A stretch of 64,000 nt of DNA from positions 1-64,000 of the forward strand of contig JAUPSS010000014.1 in assembly GCA_040285825.1 (NCBI GenBank), in the 5' to 3' direction. Origin of the DNA: Eukaryota sp. TZLM1-RC (taxonomy: Eukaryota > Protista > Metamonada: BaSk clade). The notes beneath the pieces were generated by a model. It saw only the letters and a program-made list of their open reading frames with translations, did no database searches and was not told the origin of the DNA. The position numbers and the translations under genes were made by a program. Position 1 is the stretch's first letter. The number at the start of each line of letters is the position of its first letter. Positions 53,611 through 64,000 of this stretch are shown piece by piece.

Positions 53611-56600
53611 TTATACAAAAAACAGGACAACAGAACCAAAATCTATTGGATGATGGGTTGGTAAAATTCCAATGTCAAAATTGGAAAATCTTAAGTTTGA
53701 AACCAGACCCAAAATCTGATCTTCCAACCTGAGCAACCTTCTGCGGTTTTTCTCATTTCCGTACTCCGACTTTGGGATGCGTCTGTAACTTCAAACATAT
53801 TATACTCTTAGTGCCATGATTCTTGGGGGCAGAAGGGTAGGCATCACAATTGCCATCAGTGCAGCAGCCTTGCCTATCGCATTTTGGATTTCTATTCCGT
53901 AAATCTTGTACCTATCGGTTATTGTAAGTGTTTCGTTTGACTCAATCACTCTTTTGATCTCAATTGTTCATGGATTGGCTTGATGTCTTCACCGTTGTAC
54001 TTTCTTCTTGATGAAGACTCTATCGTAATAAAGTTTTCCTGGACAGTATTCTTTTCAGTACATACATCATCTTTTTTGCCAACACTATTGTTTTCAAGAT
54101 TGCCATTGAAACAGAATACATAAATCATTTCTTCATGTATCAAACCTGCCTTGTATCACTTGTGCATAAGCATGTTTTCACAGAAAGTGTGAAAACACAA
54201 TAACATTCAACAGCGTTTTAAAACACTCATATGGAAATTACAATTCAAAGATTTATTGTCAAGTGTGGAGTCTTTTTTTCATATAAGAGATGGGGATTTC
54301 AAATGAAAACTATGCCAAATTGTTTCAGCTTTTTTGGTGCAGTAGTTTTGATCAATAGAGCATCTAGTTTCGTGTACATATTTTGCAATAAAATTGTTTG
54401 TTGAATTTATGAAACTCTAAATTTATTTTTTATTTATGTTTAAAAAAGAAAAAAAACTTTCTTAATCAATGTAAAAGTTGACGCAACAATGTTTTCTACA
54501 CCAAAAATGTGATCAAGAACACATGCTGTATTTATAAACTTGAAAACTTCTCTTGTAAAATGCGCCAATCGTTTCGATTTTTTTAAAGGCAAGACAACCT
54601 TGTATAAATTGTCGCAAAGGTTGTAAAAAGATTATCAACAAAGGAATTCAAATCAAATGAATGACATGAACATTGGTTTTAATGATGTATAAAGCTCATA
54701 AATTTTGAAAAAGATACTGACCTAATCAAAAGAATGATAATCGTGCAGAAAATAGCGTTATCGTTGTTATATACAAACGATCACCTTTTGATTCAAGTCA
54801 AACAAATGATATCTGTTTCTAGAATACAATCAAAATGAAAGTGAAACTGTAAATTTTTTAAGAATTTTTTTTGTTTCTGTCAAATAACAAAAGTAAAATA
54901 ATTTTTCTTTATCAATGTAAAAGTTCACGCAACAATGTTTTTTTACACCAAAAATGTGATCAAGAACACATGCTGGTATTTCATAAACTTGAAAACTTCT
55001 CATGTAAATTGCGCCATTCGTTTCGATTTTTTTCAAAGGCAAGATAACCATGTATAAATTGTCGCAACAGTTGCAAAAAGGATTATCAACAAAAGAATTC
55101 AAAATCAAATCAATGACATGAACATTGGTTTCAATGATGCATAAAGCTCAAAATTTTGGAAGAAATACTTATCTAATCAAAAGAATGATAATCGTACAGA
55201 AATTAGTGTTACCGTTGCCATATACAAACACATGCAGAAAACAGGAAAGCAAAACCAAAATTAATTGCATTATGGGTTGGTAAAATTCCAATGTCAAAAT
55301 TGGAAAATCTGAAGTTTGAAACCAGACCCAAAATCTGATCTTCCAACCTGAGCAACCTTCTGCGGTTTTTCTCATTTCCGTACTCCGACTTTGGGATGCG
55401 TCTGTAACTTCAAACACATTATACTCTTAGTGCCATGATTCTTGGGGGCAGAAGGGTAGGCATCACAATTGCCATCAGTGCAGCAGCCTTGCCTATCGCA
55501 TTTTGGATTTCTATTCCGTAAATCTTGTACCTATCGGTTATTGTAAGTGTTTCGTTTGACTCAATCACTCTTTTGATCTCAATTGTTCATGGATTGGCTT
55601 GATGTCTTCACCGTTGTACTTTCTTCTTGATGAAGACTCTATCGTAATAAAGTTTCCTGGACAGTATTCTTTTCAGTACATACATCATCTTTTTTGCCAA
55701 CACTATTGTTTTCAAGATTGCCATTGAAACAGAATACATAAATCATTTCTTCATGTATCAAACCTGCCTTGTATCACTTGTGCATAAGCATGTTTTCACA
55801 GAAAGTGTGAAAACACAATAACATTCAACAGCGTTTTAAAACACTCATATGGAAATTACAATTCAAAGATTTATTGTCAAGTGTGGAGTCTTTTTTTCAT
55901 ATAAGAGATGGGGATTTCAAATGAAAACTATGCCAAATTGTTTCAGCTTTTTTGGTGCAGTAGTTTTGATCAATAGAGCATCTAGTTTCGTGTACATATT
56001 TTGCAATAAAATTGTTTGTTGAATTTATGAAACTCTAAATTTATTTTTTATTTATGTTTAAAAAAATGAAGAAAAACTTCTTAATCAATGTAAAAGTTGA
56101 CGCAACAATGTTTTCTACACCAAAAATGTGATCAAGAACACATGCTGTATTTATAAACTTGAAAACTTCTCTTGTAAAATGCGCCAATCGTTTCGATTTT
56201 TTTAAAGGCAAGACAACCTTGTATAAATTGTCGCAAAGGTTGTAAAAAGATTATCAACAAAGGAATTCAAATCAAATGAATGACATGAACATTGGTTTTA
56301 ATGATGTATAAAGCTCATAAATTTTGAAAAAGATACTGACCTAATCAAAAGAATGATAATCGTGCAGAAAATAGCGTTATCGTTGTTATATACAAACGAT
56401 CACCTTTTGATTCAAGTCAAACAAATGATATCTGTTTCTAGAATACAATCAAAATGAAAGTGAAACTGTAAATTTTTCAAGAATTTATTTTTTCTGTTTC
56501 TGTCAAATAACAAAAGTAAAATAATTTTTCTTTATCAATGTAAAAGTTCACGCGACAATGTTTTTTTACTCCATAAATGTGATCAAGAACACATGCTGTA

Positions 56601-59600
56601 TTTATAAACTTGACAACTTCTCATGTAAAATGCGCCATTCGTTTCCATTTTTTCAAAGGCAAGATAACCATGTATAAATTGTCGCCTAATCTTTTGACCT
56701 AATCAAAAGAATGATAATCGTACAGAAATTAGTGTTACCGTTGCCATATACAAACACATGCAGAAAACAGGAAAGCAAAACCAAAATTAATTGCAATATG
56801 GGTTGGTAAAATTCCAATGTCAAAATTGGAAAATCTGAAGTTTGAAACCAGACCCAAAATCTGATCTTCCAACCTGAGCAACCTTCTGTGGTTTTTCTCA
56901 ATTTCGTACTCCGACTTTGGGATGCGTCTGTAACTTCAAACACATTATACTCTTAGTGCCATGATTCTTGGGGGCAGAAGGGTAGGCATCACAATTGCCA
57001 TCAGTGCAGCAGCCTTGCCTATCGCATTTTGGATTTCTATTCCGTAAATCTTGTACCTATCGGTTATTGTAAGTGTTTCGTTTGACTCAATCACTCTTTT
57101 GATCTCAATTGTTCATGGATTGGCTTGATGTCTTCACCGTTGTACTTTCTTCTTGATGAAGACCTTTTCGTAATAAAGTTTCCCTGGACAGTATTTTTTT
57201 CAGTACATACATCATCTTTTTTGCCAACACTATTGTTTTCAAGATTTCCATTGAAACAGAATACATAAATCGTTTCTTCATGTATCAAACCTGCCTTGTA
57301 TCACTTGTGCATAAGCATGTTTTCACAGAAAGTGTGAAAACACAATAACATTCAACAGCGTTTTAAACACTCATATGGAAATTACAATTCAAAGATTTAT
57401 TGTCAAGTGTGGAGTCTTTTTTTCATATAAGAGATGGGGATTTCAAATGAAAACTATGCCAAATTGTTTCAGCTTTTTTGGTGCAGTAGTTTTGATCAAT
57501 AGAGCATCTAGTTTCGTGTACATATTTCGCAATAAAATTGTTTGTTGAATTTATGAAACTCTAAATTTATTTTTTTATTTATGTTTAAAAAAAATGAAGA
57601 AAAACTTCTTAATCAATGTAAAAGTTCACGCAACAATGTTTTCTACACCAAAAATGTGATCAAGAACACATGCTGTATTTATAAACTTGAAAACTTCTCT
57701 TGTAAAATGCGCCAATCGTTTCGATTTTTTTAAAGGCAAGACAACCTTGTATAAATTGTCGCAAAAGGTTGTAAAAAGATTATCAACAAAGGAATTCAAA
57801 TCAAATGAATGACATGAACATTGGTTTTTAATGATGTATAAAGCTCATAAATTTTGAAAAGATACTGACCTAATCAAAAGAATGATAATCGTGCAGAAAA
57901 TAGCGTTATCGTTGTTATATACAAACGATCACCTTTTTGATTCAAGTCAAACAAATGATATCTGTTTCTAGAATACAATCAAAAATGAAAGTGAAACTGT
58001 AAATTTTTCAAGAATTTATTTTTTTCTGTTTCTGTCAAATAACAAAAAGTAAAATAATTTTTTTCTTTATCAATGTAAAAGTTCACGCGACAATGTTTTT
58101 TTACTCCATAAATGTGATCAAGAACACATGCTGTATTTATAAACTTGAAAACTTCTCATGTAAAATGCGCCATTCGTTTCCATTTTTTCAAAGGCAAGAT
58201 AACCATGTATAAATTGTCGCCTAATCTTTTGACCTAATCAAAAGAATGATAATCGTACAGAAATTAGTGTTACCGTTGCCATATACAAACACATGCAGAA
58301 AACAGGAAAGCAAAACCAAAATTAATTGCATTATGGGTTGGTAATATTCCAATGTTAAAATTGGAAAATCTGAAGTTTGAAACCTTCAACCTGAGCAACC
58401 TTCTGCGGTTTTTCTCATTTCCGTACTCCGACTTTGGGATGCGTCTGTAACTTCAAACATATTATACTCTTAGTGCCATGATTCTTGGAGGCAGAAGGGT
58501 AGGCATCACAATTGCCATCAGTGCAGCAGCCTTGCCTATCGCATTTTGGATTTCTATTCCGTAAATCTTGTACCTATCGGTTATTGTAAGTGTTTCGTTT
58601 GACTCAATCACTCTTTTGATCTCAATTGTTCATGGATTGGCTTGATGTCTTCACCGTTGTACTTTCTTCTTGATGAAGACCTTTTCGTAATAAAGTTTCC
58701 CTGGACAGTATTTTTTTCAGTACATACATCATCTTTTTTGCCAACACTATTGTTTTCAAGATTTCCATTGAAGCAGAATACATAAATCGTTTCTTCATGT
58801 ATCAAACCTGCCTTGTATCACTTGTGCATAAGCATGTTTTCACAGAAAGTGTGAAAACACAATAACATTCAACAGCGTTTTAAAACACTCATATGGAAAT
58901 TACAATTCAAAGATTTATTGTCAAGTGTGGAGTCTTTTTTTCATATAAGAGATGGGGATTTCAAATGAAAACTATGCCAAATTGTTTCAGCTTTTTTGGT
59001 GCAGTAGTTTTGATCAATAGAGCATCTAGTTTCGTGTACATATTTTGCAATAAAATTGTTTGTTGAATTTATGAAACTCTAAATTTATTTTTTTATTTAT
59101 GTTTAAAAAAAATGAAGAAAAACTTCTTAATCAATGTAAAAGTTCACGCAACAATGTTTTTCTACACCAAAAATGTGATCAAAAACACATGCTGTATTTA
59201 TAAACTTGAAAAACTTCTCTTGTAAAATGCGCCAATCGTTTCGATTTTTTTAAAAGGCAAGACAACCTTGTATAAATTGTCGCAAAAGGTTGTAAAAAGA
59301 TTATCAACAAAGGAATTCAAATCAAATGAATGACATGAACATTGGTTTTTAATGATGTATAAAGCTCATAAATTTTTGAAAAGATACTGACCTAATCAAA
59401 AAGAATGATAATCGTGCAGAAAATAGCGTTATCGTTGTTATATACAAACGATCACCTTTTTGATTCAAGTCAAACAAATGATATCTGTTTCTAGAATACA
59501 ATCAAAATGAAAGTGAAACTGTAAATTTTTCAAGAATTTATTTTTTTCTGTTTCTGTCAAATAACAAAAGTAAAATAATTTTTCTTTATCAATGTAAAAG

Positions 59601-62006
59601 TTCACGCGACAATGTTTTTTTACTCCATAAATGTGATCAAGAACACATGCTGTATTTATAAACTTGAAAAACTTCTCATGTAAAATGCGCCATTCGTTTC
59701 CATTTTTTTCAAAGGCAAGATAACCATGTATAAATTGTCGCCTAATCTTTTTGACCTAATCAAAAGAATGATAATCGTACAGAAATTAGTGTTACCGTTG
59801 CCATATACAAACACATGCAGAAAAACAGGAAAAGCAAAACCAAAATTAATTGCATTATGGGTTGGTAAAAATTCCAATGTCAAAATTGGAAAATCTGAAG
59901 TTTGAAACCAGACCCAAAAATCTGATCTTCCAACCTGAGCAACCTTCTGCGGTTTTTTTCTCATTTCCGTACTCCGACTTTGGGATGCGTCTGTAACTTC
60001 AAACACATTATACTCTTAGTGCCATGATTCTTGGGGGCAGAAGGGTAGGCGTCACGATTGCCATCAGTGCAGCAGCCTTGCCTACCGCATTTTGGATTTA
60101 TATTCCGTAAATTTTGTACCTACTGGTTATTGTAAGTGTTTCGTTTGACTCAATCACTCTTTTGATCTCAATTGTTCATGGATTGGCTTGATGTCTTCAC
60201 CGTTGTACTTTCTTCTTGATGAAGACTCTATCGTAATAAAGTTTTCCTGGACAGTATTTTTTTCAGTACATACATCATCTTTTTTGCCAACACTATTGTT
60301 TTCAAGATTTCCATTGAAGCAGAATACATAAATCGTTTCTTCATGTATCAAACCTGCCTTGTATCACTTGTGCATAAGCATGTTTTCACAGAAAGTGTGA
60401 AAACACAATAACATTCAACAGCGTTTTAAAACACTCATATGGAAATTACAATTCAAAGATTTATTGTCAAGTGTGGAGTCTTTTTTTCATATAAGAGATG
60501 GGGATTTCAAATGAAAACTATGCCAAATTGTTTCAGCTTTTTTTGGTGCAGTAGTTTTTGATCAATAGAGCATCTAGTTTCGTGTACATATTTTTGCAAT
60601 AAAAATTGTTTGTTGAATTTATGAAACTCTAAATTTATTTTTTTATTTATGTTTAAAAAAATGAAGAAAAAAACTTCTTAATCAATGTAAAAGTTCACGC
60701 AACAATGTTTTTCTACACCAAAAATGTAATCAAAAACACATGCTGTATTTATAAACTTGAAAACTTCTCTTGTAAAATGCGCCAATCGTTTCGATTTTTT
60801 TAAAGGCAAGACAACCTTGTATAAATTGTCGCAAAGGTTGTAAAAAGATTATCAACAAAGGAATTCAAATCAAATGAATGACATGAACATTGGTTTTAAT
60901 GATGTATAAAGCTCATAAATTTTGAAAAAGATACTGACCTAATCAAAAGAATGATAATCGTGCAGAAAATAGCGTTATCGTTGTTATATACAAACGATCA
61001 CCTTTTGATTCAAGTCAAACAAATGATATCTGTTTCTAGAATACAATCAAAATGAAAGTGAAACTGTAAATTTTTCAAGAATTTATTTTTTCTGTTTCTG
61101 TCAAATAACAAAAGTAAAATAATTTTTCTTTATCAATGTAAAAGTTCACGCGACAATGTTTTTTTACTCCATAAATGTGATCAAGAACACATGCTGTATT
61201 TATAAACTTGAAAACTTCTCATGTAAAATGCGCCATTCGTTTCCATTTTTTCAAAGGCAAGATAACCATGTATAAATTGTCGCCTAATCTTTTGACCTAA
61301 TCAAAAGAATGATAATCGTACAGAAATTAGTGTTACCGTTGCCATATACAAACACATGCAGAAAACAGGAAAGCAAAACCAAAATTAATTGCATTATGGG
61401 TTGGTAAAATTCCAATGTCAAAATTGGAAAATCTGAAGTTTGAAACCAGACCCAAAATCTGATCTTCCAACCTGAGCAACCTTCTGCGGTTTTTCTCATT
61501 TCCGTACTCCGACTTTGGGATGCGTCTGTAACTTCAAACACATTATACTCTTAGTGCCATGATTCTTGGGGGCAGAAGGGTAGGCGTCACGATTGCCATC
61601 AGTGCAGCAGCCTTGCCTACCGCATTTTGGATTTATATTCCGTAAATTTTGTACCTACTGGTTATTGTAAGTGTTTCGTTTGACTCAATCACTCTTTTGA
61701 TCTCAATTGTTCATGGATTGGCTTGATGTCTTCACCGTTGTACTTTCTTCTTGATGAAGACTCTATCGTAATAAAGTTTTCCTGGACAGTATTCTTTTCA
61801 GTACATACATCATCTTTTCTGCCAACACTATTGTTTCCAAGATTGCCATTGAAACAGAATACATAAATCATTTCTTCATGTATCAAACCTGCCTTGTATC
61901 ACTTGTGCATAAGCATGTTTTCACAGAAAGTGTGAAAACACAATAACATTCAACAGCGTTTTCAACACTCATATGGATATTACAATTCAAAGATTTATTG
62001 TCAAGT
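53611..62006. repeat. Tandem ~1.52-1.62-kb upstream spacer repeat (~5.5 copies) with an internal diverged duplication
   Basis: TCACTCTTTTGATCTC recurs at ~53946, 55565, 57091, 58608, 60154 and 61689. Confidence 0.95.
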
Positions 62007-64000
62007 TTTTTTTAAAAAAACTGGAATATTTATTGAGATAAAAATAACCATCTAGAATTCAATATCCTCCAAACAAGCGTCACTATTACTGAACCTACTC
62101 ACAGCATTACGTTCATATTCTACACCAATAGCTAAAAGTGCCCTTGAAATCATTGTAGGAATAGACTTGAAAATGCAAAAAACAATTCTATTTAACCAGA
62201 AAGTGGAGTTCATTGTTTTACCAGACCTATTCAGTAACACTTTTTTAAAATTTTCGAAAAAGTGCAACCCTGAAGGTCCAATATTGCCAAAAAGAGAAAT
62301 TGCAAACGGCACAAACTGATATTTCACATGTTCCACTCTACCTAACTGTGCCAACGGTTCTTCATACGGCGTTAGATAACGGCGAATCAGCGGAATACAC
62401 TAAACGAGCAGCAGAATTTTTGCAAACATCAACTGAGACAACATCTACAACATTGAGAACACCATCGATCCCTGGAGCTACTAAATCTGCCCTTCTTTTA
62501 CCAAAGGAATCATCAGTTTGATCTGAAGACAGCTTACGTACTAGTGGCTCAATAAATGCCTCTATATTGAAACTTTTGCACATGGCATATAATTGATCAC
62601 GAACTGAGTCATGAACAATTGAGCGATAAGTTATAAAATACTTACAGTTTAAAATATGGGAAAGCGTAACAACACTTTTGCAGCGACAAATTAAATCATT
62701 TGGTAATGAACAAGGCCATAGAAAACATCTCATTCTCATTGCAGTGGTCCATTGGTGATCATTAAGTAGAAGGCCATAAATGTTGGGAATTTGGGAGATT
62801 AAGCAACTTGAACAATTGTCTTCAAGATCAATCAAAAAGTTTGCAAAAACGGGATTTTTTTCCTTAGCCAAGCTAAGACGTACAATATAATCCAAGTTTT
62901 CTAAAACTTTCAAGATTTTTTTCTGCAATTTTGCATAAGTCAGTGGTAAGGAGAGCAAGCTTCTTGAAGGAAGTTCCACAATATCAGAGGGGAAACATTT
63001 AGCCCAAATATTGGGTGAATGAGTTTCAATTTCCTGTTGCAAAGAAATAAGATAAGAGCTGCCACAATTTTCAATGAGATGAATTTTTTCAGGAAAACGA
63101 TTCACAAATTCATAAATAAAATTCTTTCCACCTCCAATAAAGGCAGCTTTACAAAGGTAGCTTGATTTATGAAAATCAACACCACCAAAATTTGTACCAC
63201 AAAAAATGTGGCTTCGTAACTGAGATGCATCAATTTCCAATAATTTTGCTAAAAATTGGTTCTTTGTTCATTAAAAATGCGACAAAACTCCAAAGAAATT
63301 GATGGTGATGTAGATCTCAAAATATGAGTAAATTTTCCAGAATAACAGATTTTTAGGAAAAAGAATTTCAAATGTTTCTCAATATTTAAATTTTCTATTG
63401 ATTCTAATTCATTTCCAAATTGAGTCGACAGAGTCGAAAGTTGGCCTTTCACTTCATCAATATTTCCGAGATAACAACCCAAAAAACGAAAACCAGACTG
63501 ATCATAATTGATAAAGGGGACATTGACATCATTAATGAAAAAATCAATTGGTTCATGGCCAATAATCAAACATTTGGAGATATTCAATGAGAGACCAATA
63601 TCTTCATAACGCTGTTGAATAAAAGTTGCTATTTGTTTGAGAATTGTAATAGGAGCAATTACAGAAATGTCATCCATATATGCTACAATATATATTTCTG
63701 GGAATTTTTCTTTTATTTCGCACATTAATGGATGAATTGCCAGACAAAAGAAAAAAAGGACCAAGTGGATCACCTTGTTTAACACCTGAAGACGAAAGCA
63801 GGTCAAAGTTTTCATAGACCAATGTGGATGATTTTCCATAAAATGAATAGAAAAAAGGCTCAACTTCAGGAAAATGCTTTCGCAGCAAAGGTAAAATGGA
63901 AGAACGAGATATAGAATTGAAAGCATTCTTAAAATCTAAATTGAAGATGTAATTAGAATCACTAGAATTAAAAAACACATCCGACGAAAGAGCAGCAGAA
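62006..64000 (-). mobile_element. 3' part of a second, distinct CRE-like RLE non-LTR retrotransposon (frameshifted; runs off the window)
   Basis: RT fragments LDFKNAFN, GVKQGDPLGPFF and AYMDD; CRC..HILNC; RSIVHD, EP, RRADL, VVDV; FVPFAISLFGNIG. AATAAA at ~62029-62034 and an A8 tail at 62006-62013 abut spacer-repeat sequence. Confidence 0.9.
62052..63978 (-). pseudogene. Disrupted RT-CCHC-RLE reading frame in four pieces
   Basis: Track ORFs 63670-63978, 63249-63926, 62362-63240 and 62052-62354 join into one polyprotein across frameshifts at ~63750, ~63250 and ~62365. Confidence 0.85.

Noticed and set aside
53701-53795. 5S rRNA-like motif CTGATCTTCCAACCTGAGCA in the 1.5-kb repeat
   Set aside because: Only a short resemblance; box C, the terminal helix and the overall 5S pattern are missing.
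1-64000. Telomeric repeats or tRNA genes
   Set aside because: No short G-rich tandem tract or cloverleaf was seen by eye; tRNAscan-SE was not run.

Overview
Eukaryotic (AT-rich, probably protist) rDNA locus, all transcribed on the minus strand. Read right to left: the 3' 2 kb of a frameshifted CRE-like RLE non-LTR retrotransposon with an A-tail; about 5.5 copies of a ~1.5-kb spacer repeat; a ~550-bp putative promoter/5'ETS; one complete 18S-ITS1-5.8S-ITS2-28S unit; a ~22.6-kb array of a ~462-bp repeat; an intact-ORF CRE-like retrotransposon with an unusual N-terminal RNase H, whose 3' end is joined inside the 28S gene about 710 bp downstream of the empty R2 site; the 3' 400 nt of that 28S; three more repeat units; a 5'-truncated rDNA unit (last 241 nt of 18S through 28S); and more than 15 kb of the same 462-bp array. 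The two main observations are (1) a candidate new 28S-targeting CRE-clade element with RNaseH-ZnF-RT-CCHC-RLE architecture and (2) the 462-bp 'satellite' is itself the last ~68 nt of 28S rRNA plus the 3'ETS with a 15-bp hairpin, apparently amplified or homogenised locally behind each 28S copy. Homopolymer noise and garbled junctions suggest a long-read assembly, so array lengths and the element's 5' junction need read-level validation. RNA gene ends are estimates from remembered consensus sequences.
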